In this document: positions 35,890 through 48,248 of the stretch, piece after piece
How the letters are laid out: each line of letters starts with the position of its first letter
Position numbering within the stretch: position 1 is the stretch's first letter
DNA from: Macrostomum lignano
Lineage: Eukaryota
Length of the DNA: 64,000 nucleotides
Assembly (NCBI GenBank): GCA_002269645.1
Contig: NIVC01000268.1
Span: forward strand, 372,001-436,000
Direction: 5' to 3'
The notes under the pieces: generated by a model
What the model was told of the DNA's origin: nothing
The model's database searches: none
Seen by the model: only the letters and a program-made list of their open reading frames with translations
Program-made: the position numbers and the translations under genes

Positions 35890-37930
35890 ATGCTTAAGAA
35901 GCAACTTCTAATTGCTTTGGCATTTCTGCTAGCTGGCATTGGTAAGTGTATTGGTGAGGACAGTAAAAGTAAGAGTTATTAAAGGATTCAAAGATGGAAA
36001 AAGTGAATGACTGAATAGAAGAGAGTGAGAGAGAGAGTGAGAGTGGGGTAAAGGGGAGAGGTGGAAGAGAGGAAGATTGGGAGAGAGGAGGGGAGAGAAA
36101 GACAGGGGGAGTGACAGAAAGTGGGAAAGGGGAGAGGGAAGAAGGAGAGATGGAGAGATGGGTCCAGGGAAGGAACAGGGAGCGATGGAGAGGGGAGAGA
36201 GAGGGAGAGTGGAAAGGGGATAAGGGAGGGAGAGAGGGAGAGTTGAGAGAGAGAGGAGAGGAAGAGAGGGAGAGTGGAGAGTGAAGAGGGGAGAAAGAGA
36301 GTGAAGAGTGGAGAGGGAAGAGGGGAGGGTGGGAGAGTGGAGAGGGAGAATCAAGGAAACAAGTGGGGTGTTGATTCAAAGACGCAGATGGATGAAAATA
36401 AGATTAGGCCAGTGTAGGCAAAGCAGGAGATCAGTAGCTCTCCCCTTCGCCAAGTGATGAAGTTCCACCACCCACAAAAACCCAGCCGTGGACTCAGGCG
36501 CTGCCATCTTGTGCTACAGCCGGGACCAATCGACAGGCGTGGCCAATGGAACTGTAGACGACTGCCCGTCTGACTTGGCCTGCTATCTGTACACAAAAGA
36601 TAAGGTAACTACGGGTAAAACTTTACACACTTTTTTGGGAAAGTGTATGCATAATGCCGCCAGGCCCAGATGTTCCACACTTCCCTGAGTACTTGGTTTG
36701 AAAATAAATTCCCAATAGTATAAAAGTATAAAAATATTATCCACCAGATAAGCTACGCAGGATGCGGTCGCTGCACAGAAGAAAACACTGAAGATCACAA
36801 CTGCGAGTCTTGCACATCTGACTACTGCAACGACTGGCCTTCGCTAATCGGCTGTTTCTATGCTAAAAGCGAAACTAAAAAGGAAAATTGGTTAAAAATA
36901 TCCTGCAACAAGAAATTTTGCTACAGCTTTAACTACACTATCGGAGCCACGGTGAGAACTCGTTTCTGTAAAGCGAGACTGCTGCAGATATAGATTGCTT
37001 ACAGAAATCTTAAATAGATAGATTCCACACCCCGCTGAGAGAAGTGTGAAAGCAACACCCCCAATCTTCCACCCACACCCCACTGATAGCAGGTGTGAAA
37101 CCAACACCCTAATCTCCCACCCACACCCCACTGATAGCAGGTGTGAAACCAACACCCCCAATCTCCCACGTACACCCCACTGATAGCAGGTGTGAAACCA
37201 ACACCTCCAATCTCCCACGTACTCCCCACTGATAGCAGGTGTGAAACCAACCCCCCACCCCCAATCTTCCACACACCACTGATAGCAGGTGTGAAACCAA
37301 CACCTCCAATCTCCCACGTACACCCCACTGATAGCAGGTGTGAAACCAACCCCCCCCCCCACCCCCAATCGTCCACGCACCACTGATAGCAGGTGTCAGA
37401 CCAACACCCCAATCTTCCACCTACACCCCACTGAGAGCAGGTGTAAGACCAACCCCCGATCTTCCACACCCCACTGATAGCAGGTGTGAGACCAACCCCC
37501 GATCTTCCACACCCCACTGATAGCAGGTGTGAGACCAACCCCCCCCCCGATCTTCCACACCCCACTGATAGCAGGTGTGAGACCAACCCCCCCGATCTTC
37601 CACACCCCACTGATAGCAGGTGTGAGACCAACCCCCCCCCCCGATCTTTCACACCCCACTGATAGCAGGTGTGAGACCAACCCCCCAATGCTTTACGAAG
37701 CGAAATAAATTGAAACTGTAGTGTAAGACAAAAGTGTCAAAGGAATTTTATCCCCGAAATTGCAGTATTACGCTGCCGGTTGTGGTAACTGCTCTGGTTA
37801 CGAGAAGTTCGATACCTGCAGAGTGTGCAGCACAGACTACTGCAACTCAGCTACTGCATTTTCAGCAGATAAATTAAAATTTGTGGCCGGTGGCTTCATT
37901 ATTCTGATCCTTCAGTCCTGGATAAATTGA
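35890..37930 (+). CDS. GPI-anchored Cys-rich protein with two tandem 8-Cys Ly6/three-finger-like domains, paralogue 1 (~179 aa)
   Basis: Exons: 35890-35941 (signal peptide MLKKQLLIALAFLLAGI), 36486-36604, 36748-36951, 37766-37930. Each domain follows CY..C..CY..GCG.C..C..C..DYCN. The C-terminus is hydrophobic and GPI-signal-like. Confidence 0.8.
35995..36345. repeat. Polypurine GA-rich low-complexity tract, intron 1 of Ly6-like paralogue 1
   Basis: Visible. It explains the S/L/P-rich minus-strand ORFs. Confidence 0.9.
37020..37690. repeat. ~43-bp minisatellite family B (CCCCCAATCTTCCACACCCCACTGATAGCAGGTGTGAAACCAA), intron 3 of paralogue 1
   Basis: Visible, with variable C-runs. Confidence 0.93.
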
Positions 37931-38384
37931 CTCCTGACAGATGCCGAGTAAGGGAGAAAAACGTACTCAAACTTGAAGAAACACGAGTCTCTTTTAAAGA
38001 CAGAAATACCAATAATGTGATGTTTTTTAATTTTTAAGCTCAAGTGTTGGTATCCAGATTTTAACTGCTATATAGGCTTTAGAAAACCCTTTTATCAGGG
38101 TTCTAATAACTAACTTCGATATACTTCATTTCTTCTGTTTTTAATGAACGTTCGTCAGTAGCTTGCAAAAATTATTTGCGGAATAACTTAATTTGCCAGT
38201 TATTTGGAAAGCCACAAATAAATTACCATATTAGCAGAGCTTTTTTTTCAAACTATGTTGAAAATAGCGTAAAACCTAAGTGAACACTCGCTTCTTCTAT
38301 ACAGCTTTCTTGGTGTCAAAACTCAGCGGTGTAAAAGTTATTTTGCCAAATCAGTAGCTCTGTCAGTACTTGATAGGTGATCGT

Positions 38385-38700
38385 CTCTCTGACTCAGGGA
38401 TCAACTCTGACTCAGGGATCATCTCTCTGACTCAGGGATCAACTCTGACTCAGGGATCATCTCTCTGACTCAGGGATCAACTCTGACTCAGGGATCAACT
38501 CTGACTCAGGGATCAACTCTGACTCAGGGATTAACTCTGACTCAGGAATCAACTCTGACTCAGGGATCAACTCTGACTCAGGGATTAACTCTGACTCAGG
38601 AATCAACTCTGACTCAGGGATCAACTCTGACTCAGGAATCAACTCTGACTCAGGGATTAACTCTGACTCAGGGATCAACTCTGACTCAGGGATTAACTGA
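38385..38700. repeat. 18-bp tandem repeat (CTCTGACTCAGGGATCAA)n
   Basis: Visible. It explains the IPESEL ORF. Confidence 0.93.
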
Positions 38701-38707
38701 GGGATTA

Positions 38708-39911
<1,204 letters not shown>

Positions 39912-40364
39912 AGGGAGCAATGAAAACTGTCTGAAGCATTATTCCTTCCATTTGCATTAGCGAACTTCCATTTGCTCTTTTCAAAAAAATTTAGTTTGTG
40001 TTTTTTGTTCGAGCCAAGAAACTACTCTGCGTTTAGAATAGCCAGCATCATGCTGTGTACTGTACTCTGATGAGGCTGCCTCTTTAGTGTAGTCATTGGG
40101 TCTCAGCCTCTCCATTCATGCAGTGAAGCCTCACTATCCACTGCAGCTCATTTTCAGTTTAGAATGAATTCATTTCTTCGGCTAAGATGACCCAGCCAGG
40201 TTTTCTAGCCCGAGACACAAAAATGAAACTCAAAGAAATAATAAAAATAGGTGCCCAGGTTGTGTATTTAAACCCGAAGTCGTTTGTAAGGCTTTCTTAT
40301 TGTATATTTTTAATAAACAGTTCAACGACACGAAAACAGGTTTTCTGTGAAATCACGCAGACAA

Positions 40365-41152
40365 ATGTCACGGACAAAACTTCTAATCCGTTTGGCAACA
40401 CTGTTTGCTGCTTTTGGTAAGACATTTGTATGTTTACATTATTTTATTGAGGGAGAGATGGGAGAGATAGTGAGGGAGAGAAGGAGAGAGGGAGAGAGAT
40501 AGGGAGAGAGGGAGAGAGGCATAGAGAGAGGGAGAGAGAGGGAGAGGGAGAGAGGGAGAGAGATAGGGAGAGAGGGAGAGAGGGAGAGAGAGAGAGGAAG
40601 AGAGAGAGGGATAGAGAGAGAGTGAGAGGGAGAGAGAGACAGGGGGGAGAGAGGAAGAGGGAGAGAGGGAGAGAGGAAGAGGGAGAGAGATAGGGAGAGA
40701 GGGAGAGAGGCATGAGAGAGGGAGAGAGGAAGAGAGAGAGAGGAAGAGGGAGAGAGGGAGAGAGGAAGAGGGAAGAGATAGGGAGAGAGGGAGAGAGGCA
40801 TGAGAGAGGGAGAGAGGAAGAGAGAGAGAGGAAGAGGGAGAGAGGGAGAGAGGAAGAGGGAAGAGATAGGGAGAGAGGGAGAGAGGCATGAGAGAGGGAG
40901 AGAGGAAGAGAGAGAGAGGAAGAGGGAGAGAGGGAGAGAGGAAAAGGGAAGAGATAGGGAGAGAGGGAGAGAGGCATGAGACAGGGAGAGAGGAAGAGAG
41001 AGAGAGGAAGAGGGAGAGAGGGACAGAGGAAGAGGGAGAGAGATAGGGAGAGAGGGAGAGAGGCAGAAAGGAAGAGGGAGGGAGAGAGAGGAGAGAGGAA
41101 GAGGGAGAGAGGGAGAGAGGGAGAGAGGGAGAGGGAGAGAGAGAGGGAGAGA

Positions 41153-41198
<46 letters not shown>

Positions 41199-41346
41199 GA
41201 CAGAAAGAGAGAGGCATGAGAGAAGGATGAGAGAGGGAGAGAGGGAGAGAGGAAGAGAGGGAGAGAGAGAGGGAGAGTGGGGGAGAGAGAGAGAGAGAGA
41301 GAGAGACAGAAAGAGAGAGGCATGAGAGAAGGATGAGAGAGGGAGA

Positions 41347-41406
<60 letters not shown>

Positions 41407-43797
41407 AAGAGAGAGGCATGAGAGAAGGATGAGAGAGGGAGAGAGGGAGAGAGGAAGAGAGGGAGAGAGAGAGAGAGAGAGAGAGACAGAAAGAGAGAGG
41501 CATGAGAGAAGGGTGAGAGAGGGAGAGAGGGAGAGAGGAAGAGAGGGAGAGAGAGAGGGAGAGTGGGGGAGAGAGAGAGAGAGAGAGAGACAGAAAGAGA
41601 GAGGCATGAGAGAAGGATGAGAGAGGGAGAGAGGGAGAGAGGAAGAGAGGGAGAGAGAGAGAGAGAGTGGGGGAGAGAGATTATGCAGGGAGAGAAGAGA
41701 GGCAGAGGCGATAGGCGAAGTCAGACAAGTTCATCCCGCAGCCAACAGCCAGCCTCATAGAATCCCTGTCACCTGTTCCCCCAGCCGTGGATTTCAGCGG
41801 TGCGATCTCTTGCTACAGCCGGGACAAGTCAACAGGCAGAGCAAATGGAACCGTATCCAACTGCACGTCTGATTCAGCCTGCTATCGCTACACTGCTGAC
41901 GAGGTGTGTAAATTTGTGCTTGTAGTCATTGGCGTCACGGATAGTGGCATTGGTGTCTAGGTGTTTAAGATGAACTAGGACGCAGCTGGGTTTACTAAAA
42001 AATATTTTTCTTAAGTCAATCTCGAATTCACCACCAAGGTAAGCTACGCAGGATGCGGCACCTGCTCAGCTGCTGACACCAGAGATTACAACTGCGAGTC
42101 TTGCACAGCTGACTACTGCAACACTTGGCCACCGTTGACTGGCTGTCTGTATGCCAAAGGCGAGTACAGGAAGGAAAAATGGGTGAAAGTATCCTGTTCC
42201 CAAGCCAGCTGCTATCAGTTCAGCTATGGATACGGTCCTACTATTGTGAGATATTTGACACTGTTATTCTAACGAAACTTAACAACAATCTAACTGAGGT
42301 GTAGCATTTGAAAATATTGAATACCCAACGGGAGCAGGTACAAAACCAACCCCCAATCTTCCACACCACACTGAGAGCAGGTGCGAAACCAACCCCCAAT
42401 CTTCCACACCACACTGATAGCAGGTGTGAAACCAACCCCCAATCTTCCACACCCCACTGATAGCAGGTGTGAAACCAACCCCCAATCTTCCACACTCCAC
42501 TGATAGCAGGTGCGAAACCAACCCCCAATCTTCCACACCCCACTGATAGCAGGTGTGAAACCAACCCCCCAATCTTCCACACGCCACTGAGAGCAGGTGC
42601 GAAACCAACCCCCCAATCTTCCACACCACACTGAGAGCAGGTTTGAAACCAACCCCCAATCTTCCACACCACACTGATAGCAGGTGTGAAACCAACCCCC
42701 AATCTTCCACACCACACTGATAGCAGGTGCGAAACCAACCCCCAATCTTCCACACCACACTGATAGCAGGTGTGAAACCAACCCCCAATCTTCCACACCC
42801 CACTGATAGCAGGTGTGAAACCAACCCCCAATCTTCCACAACCCACTGATAGCAGGTGTGAAACCAACCCTCCAATCTTCCACACGCCACTGAGAGCAGG
42901 TGCGAAACCAACCCCCCAATCTTCCACACCACACTGAGAGCAGGTTTGAAACCAACCCCCAATCTTCCACACCACACTGATAGCAGGTGTGAAACCAACC
43001 CCCAATCTTCCACACCACACTGATAGCAGGTGTGAAACCAACCCCCAATCTTCCACACCACACTGATAGCAGGTTTGAAACCAACCCCCAATCTTCCACA
43101 CCACACTGATAGCAGGTTTGAAACCAACCCCCCAATCTTCCACACCACACTGATAGCAGGTTTGAAACCAACCCCCAATCTTCCACACCCCACTGAGAGC
43201 AGGTGTGAAACCGACCCCTAATCTTCCACACCCCACTGAGAGCAGGTGCGAAACCAACCCCCAATCTTCCACATCTCACTGATAGCAGGTGTGAAACCAA
43301 CCCCCAATCTTCCACACCTCACTGATAGCAGGTGTGAAACCAACCCCCAATCTTCCACACCTCACTGATAGCAGGTGTGAAACCAACCCTCCAATCTTCC
43401 ACACCCCACTGAGAGCAGGTGCGAAACCAACCCCCAATCTTCCACACCCCCTGAGAGCAGGTGCGAAACCAACCCACTTTCTCCTACACCCCAGTGATAT
43501 CAGCTGTGAAACCAACTCTCCATCAGTTACATTCAAGTACTTTAACCTTTAACTTATCAAGTATAAACTCTAACTAATCATGAACGAATAGTCAATAAAA
43601 TTAATAAATGAAAACTTCAGTTCTTTTTTGCCGGCTGCGGTGACTGCGCAGATTACGGGAATTTCGACAATTGCAAGACTTGCGCAACCGACTATTGCAA
43701 TTCAGCAAAGGTTCTGACTGCAGAGCAAACGAATTTGATGCTGACTGCAGCTGGAGGCCTTCTCGTGATGGTCATGCAGCTCTGGGGTCATGGATAA
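40365..43797 (+). CDS. GPI-anchored two-domain Ly6/three-finger-like protein, paralogue 2 (~184 aa)
   Basis: Exons: 40365-40416, 41785-41903, 42039-42245, 43621-43797. Exon 1 (52 nt) and exon 2 (119 nt) have the same lengths as in paralogue 1. The Cys pattern and phases are conserved. Confidence 0.8.
40450..41695. repeat. 1.25-kb polypurine (GA/GGA-rich) tract, intron 1 of paralogue 2
   Basis: Visible. It explains the ERERG and SLSLP ORFs. Confidence 0.95.
42325..43520. repeat. ~43-bp minisatellite family B, intron 3 of paralogue 2
   Basis: Visible; ~28 copies. Confidence 0.95.
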
Positions 43798-44119
43798 CAG
43801 TTCCAATTTATCAGTAGCTAAAACTGATTGACTAACACTACAATGAGTTCTCTAAACTGACTCTGTTTATTTCAACATTGACAAGTTTTTATGGACTTTA
43901 TACATTTCTTTATGGAAATTTAACAACCTGCGTGAAATAATATTACCGATTTCATCAATGTTTTCGATATATTCAAGTAAATTAAATCTTTTTTATTGTT
44001 AGATGCATATTGTTGTTTTAATGAAACGATTTGCACAAAAGTTTCTCGTGTTGAAACCTTTTATTACGCCCGTATCCTAACTCTTTTGAAAACTCAGATT
44101 TTGTTCGCTCCTCTGGCTC

Positions 44120-45515
44120 AATGATGACCTCTCTGACTCAGTGATCATCTCTCTGACTCAGTGATTATCTCTCTGACTCAGTGATCATCTCTCTGACTCA
44201 GTGATTATCTCTCTGACTCAGTGATCATATATCTGACTCAGTGATCATCTCTCTGACTCAGTGATTATCTCTCTGACTCAGTGATCATAATATCTGACTC
44301 AGTGATCATCTCTCTGACTCAATTATTATCTCTCTGACTCAGTGATCATAATATCTGACTCAGTGATCATCTCTCTGACTCAGTGATTATCTCTCTGACT
44401 CAGTGATCATCTCTCTGACTCAGTGATCATAATATCTGACTCAGTGATCATCTCTCTGACCCAGTGATCATATATCTGACTCAGTGATTATCTCTCTGAA
44501 TCAGTGATCATATATCTGACTCAGTGATCATATATCTAACTCAGTGATTATCTCTCAGACTCAGTGATTATCTCTCTGACTCAGTGATCATATATCTGAC
44601 TCAGTGACTATCTCTCTGACTCAGTGATCATCTCTCTAACTCAGTGATCATCTCTCTAACTCAGTGATTATCTCTCTAACTCAGTGATTATCTCTCTAAC
44701 TCAGTGATCATCTCTCTAACTCAGTGATTATCTCTCTAACTCAGTGATCATCTCTCTAACTCAGTGATTATCTCTCTGAATCAGTGATCATATATCTGAC
44801 TCAGTGATCATATATCTGACTCAGTGATTATCTCTCTGACTCAGTGATCATCTCTCTAACTCAGTGATTATCTCTCTGAATCAGTGATCATATATCTGAC
44901 TCAGTGATCATATATCTGACTCAGTGATCATATATCTGACTCAGTGATTATCTCTCTGACTCGGTGATCATATATCTGACTCAGTGATTATCTCTCTGAC
45001 TCAGTGATCATACATCTGATTCAGTGATCATCTCTCTGTTCATCTCTCTGACTCACTGTTCATCATCTCTCTGACTTAGTGATCACCTCTCTGACTCACT
45101 GTTCATTATCTCTCTGACTCACTGTTCATCATCTCTCTGACTTAGTGATCACCTCTCTGACTCACTGTTCATTATCTCTCTGACTCACTGTTCATCATCT
45201 CTCTGACTTAGTGATCACCTCTCTGACTCACTGTTCATTATCTCTCTGACTCACTGTTCATCATCTCTCTGACTTAGTGATCACCTCTCTGACTCACTGT
45301 TCATCATCTCTCTGACTTAGTGATCACCTCTCTGACTCACTGTTCATCATCTCTCTGACTTAGTGATCACCTCTCTGACTCACTGTTCATCATCTCTCTG
45401 ACTTAGTGATCACCTCTCTGACTCACTGTTCATCATCTCTCTGACTTAGTGATCACCTCTCTGACTCACTGTTCATCATCTCTCTGACTTAGTGATCACC
45501 TCTCTGACTCAGTGA
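44120..45515. repeat. 20-bp minisatellite (CTCTCTGACTCAGTGATCAT)n grading into a 43-bp dimeric unit after ~45040
   Basis: Visible. The later unit is CTCACTGTTCATCATCTCTCTGACTTAGTGATCACCTCTCTGA. Confidence 0.95.
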
Positions 45516-45959
45516 TACTATTTTTAACTTGGCGATAATCTCTTTATGTCGAGGAAGAGGATTTCTGAGTCCGAGTCTATGCATCATAAAAATCGTTTTT
45601 GATTGTAGTTTGCAGATAGCAAACAAAATACAATTAGAATTGCGCTTTCCTGAGTATCATATCGGCTAGCTGGATCCCATCAACCGGTATTGCATATAAG
45701 TTGATATTTATCGATTTGGAATTTTGCTGTTTACATTCTCATCTGGTAGATACTCGTGTGAAGCATTCCCTACTGCAGATGCTGAAAACTGTTTGCACTG
45801 CAGTTGAGGCACCAATCAGGGCTCTTGGAGACAATTAGCTATTAAACATTGTATAGCCTTTATCTGCTGAAGGTGACTATTTAATACTTGTCGATTTCAA
45901 AGACCTCTTCTGCAGCCATCTTTCGGGAAACGAAAATGGCATTCTTTTGGAACTCTGAA

Positions 45960-47369
45960 ATGAAATTGCACCTTATCCTAATTTGGTTACTTCTCTCCGG
46001 GGCCTGCAGTCGTCAGCTCAATTATTATTTAATAGGCTGCTATGTTGACGACAATGGAGGCGTCAGAGATCTGTCCGGTTTTGTTGGGATCAACAGCTGG
46101 AGCAGCTACGAGGTAGTGGCCGAACATGCTCAGGTGTACAGCGTGTCGATGACTCGACGATACTGCCGTCAGGTGTGCGGTCTTGGCGGATTCGCCTACA
46201 TGGGACTGCAGAACGCGTACTCCTGCTACTGCGGCAACAAGTACGGCTCGCAGGGAGCTGTCGCATTAGCAGATTGCGGCAAACCGTGCCCTGGAAATGG
46301 TAGCGAGACCTGCGGAGACATGGACAGGAACCTGGTCTTCGGATTGAATTACCTGGGTGAGAATAACGGGAACAGACACGAAATCGGGTCAATGATTGAA
46401 ATTAATGTAGGATTGACATTCGAAGCTCTCCTAGTCGTTTGTGTTTAATTTAAACAAAATTGCAACCCAATTCAATTAGGCCATGGAACTTAAAATTGTT
46501 AGGTTATGCCATAGACAAAAAACAGGATCGCTTACCCAACTGATACGTGCTCAATAAATATACCTTTTCAACCTTGAATGTGGCCTCAGGTAATTTCAAA
46601 CGTGACCAATAACGTCTATGGATATAATCTCTGTGAATACGTAAACACATAGACGCCTATTTTTTAGCTCGTTGAATGTTAACAGTCGTAAAGGTCAAAT
46701 TCGAAGTGTCGCCTTCGAGGTTGAAAAGGTATACCGGTAGTAGATTGAATAATAAATAAAAATTGATTACACCTGCCCTAATTGGGCCAGATGTGCAACC
46801 GACAGCTCAGCCGCAGCGATTGCGCGACGCATCTGAAGGCTGCGTACGGCTGTTCAGTCCAAGGACTGGGGGGTCGCCACACACAGCCTCAATTACCCCA
46901 GCTTATGCTGGCACCCATTTTACAGCTGGGTGAATGGAAACAATGCAGAGCCAAGTGTATTGCTCAAGGACACAAATTGTTCTCGTGGGCTCGGGAATCG
47001 AACCCCCGACCTTCAAGTCCTGAGGCCGACGCTCTAACCACTTGGCTACAACCCCTTAATTAGCTTGAGGAACTTTTGAATCTACTTTTGTTTACAAAAT
47101 TTGCTGTGTGCACAATTTCAGAAAACAACCAATTTATATCGAAACCAACAAGACCGACAGTCACTGCCAGTGCTGCCTACGGAGAACTCGCTTATCCCCA
47201 AATCGTGGCCACCAGTGCTATCGATTGCATCAGCAGCTGCCAGACATTCGGGAAAGACTGCCAGGCCGTGATCTACATTCTGCCGAATCAGCTGTGCCAC
47301 TTGCTGAAGTTTGCGCTGGTTCCGGAGGCTCTTGTTGGAGTGACTGGCCAGTTTTACGTCCGAGTCTGA
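45960..47369 (+). CDS. Secreted WSC-domain + PAN/Apple-domain protein (~214 aa), 2 exons: 45960-46356, 47122-47369
   Basis: Signal peptide [20 protein letters not shown]: [51 protein letters not shown]-like: [22 protein letters not shown]. Phase-1 GT-AG intron. An alternative ATG lies at 45936. Confidence 0.82.
46559..46733. mobile_element. MITE-like element with ~20-bp TIRs flanked by TATA on both sides
   Basis: TATACCTTTTCAACCTTGAA at 46559 and TTCGAGGTTGAAAAGGTATA ending at 46733. Confidence 0.65.
46770..47055 (-). mobile_element. tRNA-derived SINE, copy 1 (intron of the WSC-PAN gene)
   Basis: The minus strand has an A box (TAGCCAAGTGG) and a B box (GGTTCGATTCC). A conserved-domain-like body follows (GTGTCCTTGAGCAA..CACCCAGCTGTAAAATGGGT). 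A homologous copy lies at 49808-50085. Confidence 0.8.
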
Positions 47370-47454
47370 TTGCCTTGAGATTCTGAGGTTTTGCTTATTT
47401 GAACTTGGCTCAACATTGAGCATCAAAGAGAAGAAAAATATTGGTACATAGAAA

Positions 47455-47838
<384 letters not shown>

Positions 47839-48248
47839 GAACAAAGCGCAATAAATCGATCTATTTCTGCTTCAAAAGCAGCGACAGCTACTGGTTATTT
47901 ATCCATGTTGGTAAATTTTTACAACGAAAAGCAGCATGCACCGACGAACACAGCAGCCGCTGTAACCAGTGCGACTATCACACCACAGAAGATGAAATTT
48001 CAATATTCGTATAGTATGCGAAAAGCAAGATGATCGAGGTCTATATTAATCTAACTACTGTTACAAGACTACAGACTGAACTATAACTACTCTATCGATA
48101 TTTTGCTAACAGCTGTTTGTTAGGTTGTCAGTTTGCTACAAAAAAATCTACTTCGAAGTGACATGCAGCTCGCCAGACGCTGTAGCATGGGAGACGATTT
48201 CATAGAAATTCAGTATGAATTTTCCCACAGTACTGAACTTTGAGCATC

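Noticed and set aside
40434-43315. S/L/P-rich, E/R-rich and W/G-rich long ORFs
   Set aside because: They derive from the GA tract and the 43-bp array in Ly6-like introns.
46985-47055. tRNA-like sequence on the minus strand (A and B boxes, possible CAG anticodon)
   Set aside because: The D, anticodon and T stems pair poorly, and it continues into a repeated SINE body with a second copy at ~49.8-50.1 kb. It is a SINE head, not a tRNA gene.
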